In this document: positions 37,524-47,607 of the stretch, piece after piece
Position numbering within the stretch: the stretch's first letter is position 1
Layout of the letters: the number at the start of each line of letters is the position of its first letter
Origin: Clostridium sp.
Lineage (GTDB): Bacteria; Bacillota; Clostridia; Oscillospirales; Ruminococcaceae
Direction: 5' to 3'
Length of the DNA stretch: 64,000 nucleotides
Assembly: GCA_023664445.1 (NCBI GenBank)
Contig: JAMPFN010000006.1
Span: 176-64,175, forward strand
Position numbers and translations under genes: made by a program
The notes under the pieces: generated by a model
Database searches by the model: none
The model's input: the letters and a program-made list of their open reading frames with translations, nothing else
What the model was told of the DNA's origin: nothing

Positions 37524-38945
37524 TCATTCCCTTCCGTCCCAGCAGTAGGAGCAAAGTCTGCATTCCGAAAGCCCTACCGCTCTCACAGTACCTTCAAGCG
37601 ACTGAAATTCAAGAGAGGTAAGCTTTAATCTTCTGCATATCTCATCACGCAGATATCTGCCCCTTTCGGTATTGGAATCGCTGTATTCATGTATGTATTT
37701 TACGCCCTCGGCGCCTTCCTTTTCGTCTATGATCTGTCTTGCGATAAGCTCAAGCTCCGATGTGCTGCGTGAAAAATTAAGATATCTGCATCCATACATT
37801 ATAGGCGGACATGCAGAACGCATGTGAACTTCCTTTGCGCCGTTTTCATAAAGAAACTCAACGGTTTCTCTCATCTGCGTTCCTCTGACGATACTGTCGT
37901 CAACAAACAGCAGTTTTTTACCCTCGATAAGCTCATGCACGGGAATAAGCTTCATTTTTGCGACTCTGTTTCTCATGGATTGATTTGTCGGCATAAAGCT
38001 TCTCGGCCATGTCGGGGTATATTTGACAAAAGGTCTTGCAAACGGAATACCGCTCTTATTGGCATAGCCTATTGCATGAGGGATCCCCGAATCCGGAATC
38101 CCGCAGACATAATCAACATCGGGAAGCCGACCGTTTTTAATATCGCTTTCCGCCATGATCTCACCGTTTCTTGCTCTCATGACTTCAACGTTCACGCCTT
38201 CATAGCAGGCATTCGGATAGCCGTAATATGTCCACAGAAATGTACATATTTTCATATTTTCCGTGCCTTCGCTAAGTATTTCAAAGCCGTCCCTTGTAAT
38301 TTTTGTTATCTCACCGGGTTTAAGCTCATGACAGGTCTGATAGCCAATCTTCTGAAACGCAAACGACTCAAATGAAAAGCAATATCCGTCCGACCTTTTG
38401 CCAAGTATTATCGGAAGTCTGCCAAGCTTGTCCCTTGCGCATATAATAGAATCTTCCGTCATAAGCGCCAACGACATCGTGCCCTCTATCTTTTCCTGCG
38501 CGTACCTTATCCCCTCAACAAAAGAATCTCTTTGAGCGATAAGCGCGCCGATAAGTCCCGCAGAATTTATATTTCCGCTGCTCATCGTTTCAAAATTCGC
38601 ACATCCCTTTTCAAGCAATTCGTCTGAAAGCTTTTCGGCATTTGTTATTATGCCTATCGAGCAGACCGCGTAAAGACCGAGCTTAGAACGCACCATGATA
38701 GGCTGAGGGTCGGTATCGCTTATGCAGCCTATGCATATCCTGCCTCTCATTTTTTCAATATCGTGTTCAAATTTGGTACGAAACGGCGAATTTTCTATAC
38801 TGTGAATATTTCTTTGGAAACCAAGCTCAGGTGAAAATGAAGTCATTCCGCCTCTTCTTGTGCCAAGATGCGAATGATAATCGGTTCCGAAAAAAACGTC
38901 CTGAATACAGTCGTTCGACGAAACAGCTCCGAAAAATCCACCCAT
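37524..38945 (-). CDS. amidophosphoribosyltransferase paralogue lacking glutaminase catalytic residues
   Basis: Starts MGGFFG (no Cys1). HRG, HVRY and HNG motifs are replaced, while PDSG, DDSIVRGT and Fe-S Cys residues are retained. Confidence 0.88.
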   Translation of the reverse strand: MGGFFGAVSSNDCIQDVFFGTDYHSHLGTRRGGMTSFSPELGFQRNIHSIENSPFRTKFEHDIEKMRGRICIGCISDTDPQPIMVRSKLGLYAVCSIGIITNAEKLSDELLEKGCANFETMSSGNINSAGLIGALIAQRDSFVEGIRYAQEKIEGTMSLALMTEDSIICARDKLGRLPIILGKRSDGYCFSFESFAFQKIGYQTCHELKPGEITKITRDGFEILSEGTENMKICTFLWTYYGYPNACYEGVNVEVMRARNGEIMAESDIKNGRLPDVDYVCGIPDSGIPHAIGYANKSGIPFARPFVKYTPTWPRSFMPTNQSMRNRVAKMKLIPVHELIEGKKLLFVDDSIVRGTQMRETVEFLYENGAKEVHMRSACPPIMYGCRYLNFSRSTSELELIARQIIDEKEGAEGVKYIHEYSDSNTERGRYLRDEICRRLKLTSLEFQSLEGTVRAVGLSECRLCSYCWDGRE

Positions 38946-38947
38946 GA

Positions 38948-39664
38948 TCAAGCACCCATAACTCTCTTCATAAGCTCATTATAAGCTTCTTCAACGCCGC
39001 CCATATCTCTTCTGAATCTATCCTTATCGAGCTTTTCATGTGTTGTGCTGTCCCAGAAACGGCATGTATCGGGCGATATTTCATCCGCCAAAATTATCTC
39101 GTCGTGGAATCTTCCGAATTCGATCTTGAAATCAATAAGATCTATATTGATCTCCTTGAAGAATTTTAACATAAACTCATTTACCTTGAAAGCGTATTTT
39201 GTAATGGTTTCTATTTCCTCTTCCGTTGCAAGATCGAGCCCGAGAGCGTAATATTTATTTATGAACGGATCGCCGAGATCGTCGTTTTTATAGCTGAATT
39301 CGAGCGTAGGCCGCTTTAACGGAGTACCCTCGGCAATACCGAGCTTTTTGGAAAAACTTCCGGCAGCAACATTTCTTACGATTACCTCGAGAGGTACGAT
39401 CTCAACCTTTTTGACAATAGTTTCTCTGTCGCTTATTTCTTTTACAAGATGCGTAGGGATACCCTCTTTTTCAAGAAGCGAGAACATATAATTCGTCATC
39501 TTGTTGTTTATAACGCCCTTTCCCACGATAGTACCTTTCTTTTCGCCGTTGAAAGCCGTTGCGTCATCTTTGTAGTCAACGATAACGCAGTCAGGATCGT
39601 TTGTCGCGTAAACTTTCTTAGCTTTGCCCTCGTAAAGCTGTTCTGCCTTTGTGATATTTTCCAT
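38948..39664 (-). CDS. purC: SAICAR synthetase
   Basis: [31 protein letters not shown] and LDKD motifs. Confidence 0.96.
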   Translation of the reverse strand: MENITKAEQLYEGKAKKVYATNDPDCVIVDYKDDATAFNGEKKGTIVGKGVINNKMTNYMFSLLEKEGIPTHLVKEISDRETIVKKVEIVPLEVIVRNVAAGSFSKKLGIAEGTPLKRPTLEFSYKNDDLGDPFINKYYALGLDLATEEEIETITKYAFKVNEFMLKFFKEINIDLIDFKIEFGRFHDEIILADEISPDTCRFWDSTTHEKLDKDRFRRDMGGVEEAYNELMKRVMGA

Positions 39665-39699
39665 TTTTTTCTCCATTCCGCCGTTTCAGCCGGCATAAA

Positions 39700-40203
39700 T
39701 TAGTTTAAATAACTTTCTATATCCTCGGATATTTTCTTATCCTTAACGATCACATCATTTGCCATTTTTGTCTTCATATCATGAAGCTTTTTCGCCAGTT
39801 CATTATCCGAAAGCGCAAGCATCTGCACAGCAAGTATCGCGGCATTGGCAGAACCGTCTATAGCAACCGTGGCAACGGGAATGCCGCTCGGCATCTGAAC
39901 AGTTGCAAGCAAAGCGTCAAGTCCATCGAGAGCAGACGACTTTATCGGGATCCCGATAACCGGAAGAACCGTATGAGCCGCCAAAACTCCGCCGAGATGC
40001 GCTGCCTTTCCTGCCGCAGATATTATAACTCCAAAACCGTTTTTCTCCGCATTCGCAGAAAACTCCGCCGCCTGTTCGGGAGTTCTGTGCGCAGACATAA
40101 CATGTACCTCATAAGGAACTCCGAATTCCTTGAGCTTTAAGACCGCCCCCTTAACAATCGGCAGATCGCTGTCGCTGCCCATAATAACCGCTACTTTTTT
40201 CAT
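39700..40203 (-). CDS. purE: AIR carboxylase / N5-CAIR mutase
   Basis: MGSDSD, SAHRTP, AGKAAHLGG and MPSGIPVATV motifs. Confidence 0.96.
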   Translation of the reverse strand: MKKVAVIMGSDSDLPIVKGAVLKLKEFGVPYEVHVMSAHRTPEQAAEFSANAEKNGFGVIISAAGKAAHLGGVLAAHTVLPVIGIPIKSSALDGLDALLATVQMPSGIPVATVAIDGSANAAILAVQMLALSDNELAKKLHDMKTKMANDVIVKDKKISEDIESYLN

Positions 40204-40270
40204 AATATCACCTTAAAATATTTATTTTACAGCAAACGGCATAAACGCCGTTACCATAATTATCAAACGT

Positions 40271-41314
40271 CTATAATTCAGCTTTATTTATGCTTTTTAA
40301 TATTAGCCTGTTGTTTGCGTCTCCGACTATATTAAAAGTTATTTCCGAAGTAATATTCGCTAAATCTGCATTTCCCTGACCATAATCATAATTTACGGTC
40401 AGCTTTATATTATATGAGGAAAAGTTTTTTTCTTTTGTTATATCGGCTTTAAAATCCGAAACGCTTTTAATACGGCAGTCCTTGAAGAAATTATTCGACG
40501 ACAGCGCCGTATAATACTGCTCGGTCGTTATATCCGAAATATCGCCGTTTCCACGGAAAAGATATTCAAGATAACCGCATACTATTCCGGATATCCTGTT
40601 AATGTTTTCAACCCCGAAAGCATTTATTTTAACCGGATCGGCAAATGAAATATCAATAGGGACATTTCCCGGAGAACATTTTATATCGATATATATATAC
40701 TGCATTTCGCCGTCGGTATATTTACCGCGGTATTCGCTTTCGCCGTCATACAGATAAATTATTTTTTCCGAATATCTGTAGCCCGTCCAGACATTTTCAG
40801 ATAGGACGTTTCCTTTTTTGTCAAACAAGATAAAATCCTCATTATCTCCCGTAAATCCGCCGACAAAATCGCTGCTGATAGATTTAAACGTCTCGAAAAT
40901 AAATGGCACAAGTATATTTGAATCGCGGTCAATGATACCCATTTTCTTATTTTTATCATCAAACGCCCTGCTCACAATGAATCTGTCACCTGAAAGAATA
41001 TAAATGTCATTCCACACAGGTTCGATGAAAACATGGTCGTCTTTTTCCGACACCCCGAGTAAGCCGCTTTCGTCCTCAAAAACGGTATACTCCTCAATAT
41101 TATTATCCATTTGAGCTATGATATTTTCCGCAGAGCCGTCCTTTCCGGACTCTTCACGGTTAACGTCAATATAAGTCTTTATGAGTACTGCGGTCATGAC
41201 CGCAAGCAAGACCAAAAGCGAAACAATAATAAACTTGAAATATCTGTTTGTCATCAGCCCTCTCGACCGTATCAGGACTCTATTTATCTTTTTTTTCATT
41301 TTTCGTTTTTTCAT
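40271..41314 (-). CDS. hypothetical membrane-anchored surface protein (WG-repeat-like beta region)
   Basis: Basic N-terminus plus one TM; G-I-I-D..I-L-V-P repeats reminiscent of WG beta repeats. Exact start uncertain. Confidence 0.5.
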   Translation of the reverse strand: MKKRKMKKKINRVLIRSRGLMTNRYFKFIIVSLLVLLAVMTAVLIKTYIDVNREESGKDGSAENIIAQMDNNIEEYTVFEDESGLLGVSEKDDHVFIEPVWNDIYILSGDRFIVSRAFDDKNKKMGIIDRDSNILVPFIFETFKSISSDFVGGFTGDNEDFILFDKKGNVLSENVWTGYRYSEKIIYLYDGESEYRGKYTDGEMQYIYIDIKCSPGNVPIDISFADPVKINAFGVENINRISGIVCGYLEYLFRGNGDISDITTEQYYTALSSNNFFKDCRIKSVSDFKADITKEKNFSSYNIKLTVNYDYGQGNADLANITSEITFNIVGDANNRLILKSINKAEL

Positions 41315-42248
41315 CAGTTTCTTTTACAATATAGACAGGACGGCTCTTTGTTTCAAGATACGTTTTGGATAAATACTGTCCGAGAATACCCGTACAGAAA
41401 AGCTGCAGACCGCCGACAAAGAATATGGCGCACATTATTGTCGGAAACCCCTGAACGTTTTCCCCGAAGGCGATAGTCTTAACTATTATCGCGATCACCC
41501 ATATAAACGATATAAAACAGCTCAGAACGCCAAGCAGCGAGGCAAGCGCCAAGGGAGCGGTCGAAAAAGCGAATATCCCCTCGAGCGAATATAAAAACAG
41601 CTTCCAGAACGACCATGCCGTAGTACCGGCAGCACGCTCCACATTTTCATATTCAATATATTTGACGCTGAATCCGACCCAACTGAATATCCCCTTTGAA
41701 AATCTGTTGTATTCTTTCATTGAAAGTATGGCGTCAACCATATCTCTCGTCATAAAGCGGAAATCCTGCGCGCCGTCAACTATTTCCGTCTGAGATATCT
41801 TATTCATTATTCTGTAAAATTTTCTTGCAAACCATGAACGCACCTTTGACTCTCCTTTACGGCTGACACGTCTTGTGGTTGCGCAGTCATATCCCTCTTT
41901 CGTGACATAATCATACATCTTAGGGATAAAAGCAGGCGGATGCTGAAGATCGGCGTCCATAACCACAACATAATCGCCCTTTGAGTTTTCCAGTCCGGCA
42001 AACATTCCCGCTTCCTTTCCGAAATTACGCGAAAATGAAATATATCTGACGCGCTCGTCCTTTTTAGCAAGATCTCTTAAAATTTTAAGAGTATCGTCCC
42101 TTGAGCCGTCGTTTACAAACAAAAGCTCAAAATCAATACCGTCGTTTTCGTCTTTCATCTTTGCAATGATCTTATTTATCTCATTATAAAAAAGAGGAAG
42201 AACCTCCTGTTCATTATAACAAGGAACTATTACAGATATCAGATTCAT
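41280..42248 (-). CDS. GT2 undecaprenyl-phosphate glycosyltransferase (GtrB/YkcC-like)
   Basis: VPCYNE, NDGSRD, SRNFGKE and MDADLQHPP motifs with two C-terminal TM segments. Confidence 0.9.
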   Translation of the reverse strand: MNLISVIVPCYNEQEVLPLFYNEINKIIAKMKDENDGIDFELLFVNDGSRDDTLKILRDLAKKDERVRYISFSRNFGKEAGMFAGLENSKGDYVVVMDADLQHPPAFIPKMYDYVTKEGYDCATTRRVSRKGESKVRSWFARKFYRIMNKISQTEIVDGAQDFRFMTRDMVDAILSMKEYNRFSKGIFSWVGFSVKYIEYENVERAAGTTAWSFWKLFLYSLEGIFAFSTAPLALASLLGVLSCFISFIWVIAIIVKTIAFGENVQGFPTIMCAIFFVGGLQLFCTGILGQYLSKTYLETKSRPVYIVKETDEKTKNEKKDK

Positions 42249-42372
42249 TTTTTCAGCTCCTTTACCCAACAATACAATATTATTTTACAACAAAATTTAC
42301 AAAAAATCAAGTCTATTTTTGCACAAATTGAAAAAACTCTTAAAGCCGTATATTTAATATTTTTAAAAAATA

Positions 42373-44025
42373 GTGCATTATGTATATTTTTACCTTATAA
42401 AGACTATCATATTGTATATAGATGCGGCAAGTAAAGCTTGTCGGAACCGAGAACAGATTCTAAATCCATCCGGGAGGAAAACAGCTATAACTTTTCAAAA
42501 ATCATTTTTTAAGATAAATAAATCAAAAACCATAGATTTTTTATGTCCCCTTATATCGGGAATCGTAACTGCTCTGTCATTTTACGGCGGGAAAACGGCA
42601 TTTCTTATATTTTTCTCACTAATACCATTTTTTTATTCTGCGCTTTATAAATTTAAAATATATAAATTATTCATATATTCATTCGCTCTTTACTTTTTTT
42701 CGCTTATCTGGACGCCTAATTCCATATCAATGGTGACTGAAAGCCGTGCTGTGCAAATACTTATATCAGCCGTTATGCTTCTGACAATACCGCTGATACT
42801 GTCGGTAACTCTTACGCTCCCGTTTTATATATTCAGGCTTTCACAATTGTCAAAATTCAAAACGGCTGCCGTTTTCCCGTTTGTCTATATATTCGGCGAA
42901 TGGCTGCAAGGTTCATTGGAGTCGTTTTCATTTCCTTGGGTAAGGCTCGGAAACATCGCCTCCCCTTTTACCGTATTTATCCAATCGGCGTCAGTTTTCG
43001 GCACGCTTTTCATATCGCTTATAATATTGTATATAAATATGTCTGCTGCATTGCTTTTAAGCCGGATAGATACGGCCAAAAAAATCATATTTTCATCTTT
43101 TTCCGTATTTTTAACGGCAATGAACCTGACATTCGGTTTTTACAGCTGCGGTACGGCGGAAAAAAACGACTCCCCTCCCCTTTCGGCTGTTATTGTTCAA
43201 GGAAATTATCCAAGAAACAGCAAACGCGGCTCGTCGCCCGATCAGATGCTGAAAAAATATCTCGATCTGCTCTATTCGGACGCTCCGGAAAACGCGGATA
43301 TAATTTTGTTTCCGGAAACGTCTATGCATTCGCAGATATACAAAACCGACGGACTGCAGCAGCTTTTGTATAAGCTTTGCAGCGATTTTAACGCGCTTCT
43401 TTTGTCGGGAAGTCAGTACAATTCAGACGATAAGCACTATAATGCCTGCATGACGGTAAATACCGCGCATGAGATCGACGCGGCATACATCAAAAGAATA
43501 CTTGTACCGTTCGGCGAATACATGCCGTTTGATGTTAAGGCTTTAAATATTATTAGTTCAGGCTTTTCTGCCGGAAAAGAATGCGGTCTTATAGATTTCA
43601 AAAACGGACAAATAGGCTGTCTGATATGCTTTGAATCTATTTTTCCGAGAATTGCCGCCGAAACTTCTCAAAAGGGCGCGCAAGCCGTAACCGTACTCAC
43701 AAACGATTCCTGGCTTGGTAAAAAAATACCGCTTTACCAGCACCACTCGCATTCAATAATGAGAGCGGTGGAAAATAACAGATATTTTTTAACGTCGACA
43801 AATACGGGGATATCGTCGATCATAGACCCAAAAGGCAAAGTAATAACACGGGGAGATCTGAATACGGAATGCGTCGTTAGCGGCGATTTTTACATGAACG
43901 GCAAAAAAAGCTTCTACACCGTATACGGCGATATTATAATACTCCCCTCCTGCGTTATTATAATTTACTCGTGCATCAAATATGTTTTCTGTCAAATGCG
44001 ATCGTTAATTTCCAAAAAGACTTGA
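42373..44025 (+). CDS. lnt: apolipoprotein N-acyltransferase
   Basis: Multi-TM N-terminus (FPWVRLG), VQGN, and the nitrilase-fold triad FPET / YIKRILVPFGEY / ICFES, plus TNDSW. Start codon uncertain. Confidence 0.85.
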   Translation: MHYVYFYLIKTIILYIDAASKACRNREQILNPSGRKTAITFQKSFFKINKSKTIDFLCPLISGIVTALSFYGGKTAFLIFFSLIPFFYSALYKFKIYKLFIYSFALYFFSLIWTPNSISMVTESRAVQILISAVMLLTIPLILSVTLTLPFYIFRLSQLSKFKTAAVFPFVYIFGEWLQGSLESFSFPWVRLGNIASPFTVFIQSASVFGTLFISLIILYINMSAALLLSRIDTAKKIIFSSFSVFLTAMNLTFGFYSCGTAEKNDSPPLSAVIVQGNYPRNSKRGSSPDQMLKKYLDLLYSDAPENADIILFPETSMHSQIYKTDGLQQLLYKLCSDFNALLLSGSQYNSDDKHYNACMTVNTAHEIDAAYIKRILVPFGEYMPFDVKALNIISSGFSAGKECGLIDFKNGQIGCLICFESIFPRIAAETSQKGAQAVTVLTNDSWLGKKIPLYQHHSHSIMRAVENNRYFLTSTNTGISSIIDPKGKVITRGDLNTECVVSGDFYMNGKKSFYTVYGDIIILPSCVIIIYSCIKYVFCQMRSLISKKT

Positions 44026-44107
44026 AAAAATCGGATAATTATTGTATAATTAAAATGTCAAATAAATTTGTTGTTTGCAGAATGTCGAAAAAGTATTTAT
44101 TAAATTT

Positions 44108-44284
44108 AAAGTTTAGGTCAAGCCTTTTCAAAGGCTTGTGGGGTGCATGGGGCAAAGCCCCTGCTCGACGTCCGCAGACGTCGAAATCCCTTGCCGCAGG
44201 GCGCTCCGCAAGGGGTGAGCCGTAAAAACAGTCCTGTGGACTGCTTTTAGGCGAGGGGACGCCCTGCAAGAGAGGGCGTCCCCT
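44108..44284. repeat. GC-rich multi-hairpin intergenic element (REP-like)
   Basis: Stacked palindromes CAAGCCTT/AAGGCTTG, GGGGCAAAGCCCC, TCGACGTC/GACGTCGA, AAAACAGTC/GACTGCTTTT and AGGGGACGCCCT/AGGGCGTCCCCT. The 5' end matches the arm at 52037. Confidence 0.75.
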
Positions 44285-44366
44285 TATTAAAGCAGATTTT
44301 TGCGCAATGTGTAAACGCCAAATAATTTTTTTGTTTGCAGTATAATATCATTATAAGAAAGGATAT

Positions 44367-46298
44367 ATGAAGTTATATATGAAAGATGGTTTTGTTAAAA
44401 TCGCGTGTATCACGCCTGAAATAAAAGTCGCCGACTGTGATTTCAACGGTTCAAAAATAATCGAAAGCATCGTAAAAGCGCATAAATGCGGAGTTAAAAT
44501 ATGCGCGTTCCCCGAGCTTTCTGTCACAGGCTATACATGCGGCGATTTATTTTTACAAACGCCGCTTATCAAAGCTGCTGAAAAATCGTTTCTGAATATA
44601 CTGTATTCTACCAAATTGCTCGATATCGTATCCATTATAGGCATGCCGTTTGCATATATGAACTGTCTGTACAACTGCGCCGCCGTGATCTACAAGGGTC
44701 AAATACTCGGTATAGTGCCGAAAATAAACATTCCCAATTACAGCGAATTCTATGAACTTCGCCACTTTACAGGAGGGTTTTTGGAAACTTCCGTTATTGA
44801 TTTTCATGGCGAAACCGCACCGTTCGGAACAAATCAGATCTTCGGCTGTCCGGATTTTCCCGAACTTTGCTTCGGCATTGAAATATGCGAGGATCTGTGG
44901 GCGGCGGATCCGCCCTCTGCAAAGCTTGCGGAAAACGGTGCAAATATAATATTCAACCTTTCAGCCAGTAATGAAATTATAGGCAAAGATGAATACAGAA
45001 AAACTCTGATCGCAGCGAAATCGGGCAGTCTGCCTTGTATATACGCTTATGCGGATGCCGGAATAGGCGAATCCACTACCGATATGGTATTTCTCGGACA
45101 CTCGATCATCGCGGAAAACGGTTCTATACTTAAAGAAAAATATCTGCTTGAAAACGATATGATAACAGAAGATGTCGACTTATATAAAATTGCGGAAGAA
45201 CGACGGAAAATCAATACCATTAAAAACGGCTGTCCCGATAGTTTTTGGTATAATGACTTTCCCATGAAAATCGAAAAAACGTCCCTTGACCGTTCGTTTC
45301 CAATGCTGCCGTTCGTTCCCAAACCCAAATCAGACCTTGATTCACGATGTAAAAAAATTCTGACGATGCAGTCGTACGGACTTTCAAAACGCATTAAGCA
45401 TATCGGAATAAAAAATATAGTACTGGGTTTATCGGGCGGACTGGATTCTACTCTTGCGCTTATTGTCGCAGTAAAGGCGTTCGAGCATCTTGAAATTGAT
45501 AAAAACGGCATAACGGCTGTGACAATGCCTTGCTTCGGCACTACCGACAGAACATACGGCAACGCATGTATGCTTGCAAAGTCGTACGGCGTAACTCTTC
45601 GTGAAATCAACATAAAAGAAAGCGTTATGAAGCATTTTTCGGATATCGGTCATGATGAAAACGTACACGACACAACCTATGAAAATTCACAGGCTCGTGA
45701 ACGAACGCAGATCCTTATGGATATTGCAAATCAGACAAACGGAATAGTTATCGGAACGGGCGACCTTTCAGAGCTTGCCCTCGGCTGGGCTACCTACAAC
45801 GGAGATCACATGTCGATGTACGCGGTCAACGCTTCCGTTCCGAAAACGCTGGTACGTCATCTTGTGGAATATGAGGCTTATCTTTCAGATGAAAATATAA
45901 AAAAGATACTCCTCGATATACTCGATACGCCGGTCAGCCCCGAACTTCTTCCGCCGTCTGAAAACGGAAAAATATCACAGAAAACAGAAGATCTGGTGGG
46001 ACCCTATGAGCTGCATGACTTTTTCCTTTATTACATGGTCAGATTCGGCTTCTCTCCCTCTAAAATATTCCGCATAGCAAAAATTGCCTTTGACGGCGTT
46101 TACGACGATAATACGATACTTAAATGGGAAAAAACTTTTTATAAAAGATTTTTTTCACAGCAGTTTAAGCGTTCATGTCTGCCGGACGGTCCTAAGGTCG
46201 GAAGTGTTACGCTCTCGCCGAGAGGCGATTTCAGAATGCCGAGCGACGCATGCGTAAAAATATGGCTTAATGAACTTGACAAAATTATGGAGGTATAA
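44367..46298 (+). CDS. nadE: glutamine-dependent NAD+ synthetase
   Basis: Nitrilase-type glutaminase triad (FPELS, PKINIPNYSEFYE, EICEDLW) plus the synthetase SGGLDS and ENSQARER motifs. Confidence 0.94.
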   Translation: MKLYMKDGFVKIACITPEIKVADCDFNGSKIIESIVKAHKCGVKICAFPELSVTGYTCGDLFLQTPLIKAAEKSFLNILYSTKLLDIVSIIGMPFAYMNCLYNCAAVIYKGQILGIVPKINIPNYSEFYELRHFTGGFLETSVIDFHGETAPFGTNQIFGCPDFPELCFGIEICEDLWAADPPSAKLAENGANIIFNLSASNEIIGKDEYRKTLIAAKSGSLPCIYAYADAGIGESTTDMVFLGHSIIAENGSILKEKYLLENDMITEDVDLYKIAEERRKINTIKNGCPDSFWYNDFPMKIEKTSLDRSFPMLPFVPKPKSDLDSRCKKILTMQSYGLSKRIKHIGIKNIVLGLSGGLDSTLALIVAVKAFEHLEIDKNGITAVTMPCFGTTDRTYGNACMLAKSYGVTLREINIKESVMKHFSDIGHDENVHDTTYENSQARERTQILMDIANQTNGIVIGTGDLSELALGWATYNGDHMSMYAVNASVPKTLVRHLVEYEAYLSDENIKKILLDILDTPVSPELLPPSENGKISQKTEDLVGPYELHDFFLYYMVRFGFSPSKIFRIAKIAFDGVYDDNTILKWEKTFYKRFFSQQFKRSCLPDGPKVGSVTLSPRGDFRMPSDACVKIWLNELDKIMEV

Positions 46299-46301
46299 AT
46301 A

Positions 46302-46952
46302 ATGACTTACAAAGAAAGCTTTATTAAATTTATGGTTGAAAGCGGTGTGCTTACTTTCGGAGAATTTACTCTTAAAAGCGGACGCAAAGCGCCCTATTTC
46401 GTAAACACGGGAAACTACAATACAGGCGCGCAGCTTGCCCGTCTTGGCGAATACTACGCCCAATGCATTAAGGGAAACGTCGTCGAGGCGGACACGCTTT
46501 TCGGTCCTGCTTATAAAGGAATACCGCTTGCTGCCGCTTGCAGTATCGCCCTTTCAAACAAGTACGGCATTGACGTGAATTATGCCTTCGACCGCAAGGA
46601 AGCCAAGGATCATGGCGAGGGCGGCGTAATTGTCGGAAAGAAAATGCAGGACGGTGAAAAAATCGCCATTATCGAGGACGTTATCACAGCGGGTACGGCA
46701 ATACGCTCCGTGCTTCCGCTTCTTAAAGCGCAGGCGGACGTTGATATTACGGCTCTCATTATTTCCGTTGACAGAATGGAAAAGGGCAAGGGCGAGCTTT
46801 CGGCGGTTCAGGAGGTAAAAAAGGATTTCGGGATCAATGTATATTCCATTGTTACGATCGAAGATATAATCGAAGCTATAAAAAACGAGGTCATTCCGGG
46901 TAAAGAATATTTAGACAAGATGCTTGCATACAGAGCCGAATACGGGGTTTAA
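46302..46952 (+). CDS. pyrE: orotate phosphoribosyltransferase
   Basis: FTLKSGRKAPYF, GPAYKGIP, RKEAKDHGEGG and IIEDVITAGT motifs. Confidence 0.95.
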   Translation: MTYKESFIKFMVESGVLTFGEFTLKSGRKAPYFVNTGNYNTGAQLARLGEYYAQCIKGNVVEADTLFGPAYKGIPLAAACSIALSNKYGIDVNYAFDRKEAKDHGEGGVIVGKKMQDGEKIAIIEDVITAGTAIRSVLPLLKAQADVDITALIISVDRMEKGKGELSAVQEVKKDFGINVYSIVTIEDIIEAIKNEVIPGKEYLDKMLAYRAEYGV

Positions 46953-46958
46953 GAACTA

Positions 46959-47231
46959 ATGAAAAATACGACTTTTGCCGTTATTTTAGGCGTTGAACTC
47001 ATTCTTGCGCTAAACGGTTTCAGCCTTTTCTCCTTTTTCAGCATTATATTGGCTGTAATGATGTTCGGAATTTGTTCATTGATCGTACTTGCTTTTTATT
47101 TTATCCTGATGAAAACCAAAAATCCTCCAAAAAATAAAATGGATTTTTATAAAAAAGGAATTTTGATTCTTTTTGGAATATGCTCGGTAATACCTTTTGT
47201 ACTCTTAATAATGGTAAGGATGAACATATAG
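46959..47231 (+). CDS. small three-TM hypothetical protein (paralogue 1)
   Basis: 90 aa, hydrophobic; shares the PKN.K..FY..GIL..FG motif with the next ORF. Confidence 0.6.
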   Translation: MKNTTFAVILGVELILALNGFSLFSFFSIILAVMMFGICSLIVLAFYFILMKTKNPPKNKMDFYKKGILILFGICSVIPFVLLIMVRMNI

Positions 47232-47246
47232 TATGCGAGGTTCATA

Positions 47247-47528
47247 ATGAATAAAATAACGTTTTTTATAACTTTGACAGCAGAAATTTTATCTGCCGCT
47301 TTAATTCTTGATATTTACGTCGGAACACCTGAATGTATTATTTGGGCTTTAATACTGTTCGCCGTATGCTTACTGCTCGTTTTCGGGATCTGCTCGATAC
47401 GCAAAAAGACCTCGCATTTACCGAAAAACTGCAAAATACAATTTTATCAAAACGGTATACTTAATATTTTCGGAACGCTTATAATTCTGCTTTTTGCAAT
47501 TTGGATTTTTATAAAATTTAAAATTTAA
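47247..47528 (+). CDS. small three-TM hypothetical protein (paralogue 2)
   Basis: 93 aa, with an upstream GAGG RBS; same motif as the previous ORF. Confidence 0.6.
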   Translation: MNKITFFITLTAEILSAALILDIYVGTPECIIWALILFAVCLLLVFGICSIRKKTSHLPKNCKIQFYQNGILNIFGTLIILLFAIWIFIKFKI

Positions 47529-47553
47529 AATGCGCACTTTTAATTACGCAAAT

Positions 47554-47579
47554 TAAGAACCTGTCCACATAGGCTCTAA
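47554..47579. mobile_element. minimal family-1 MITE scar (two TIR ends only)
   Basis: TAA-GAACCTGT-CCAC-ATAGGCTC-TAA. Confidence 0.55.
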
Positions 47580-47607
47580 AGATAAAATTATGAAAGGAAA
47601 TGGAAAA

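Noticed and set aside
40204-40270. Purine or ZTP riboswitch or PurR box ahead of the pur operon
   Set aside because: The spacer is only about 65 bp and no such motif is recognisable.
47529-47607. T-box leaders for tyrS and argS
   Set aside because: The spacers are too short and lack the T-box consensus; they hold small TIR elements instead.
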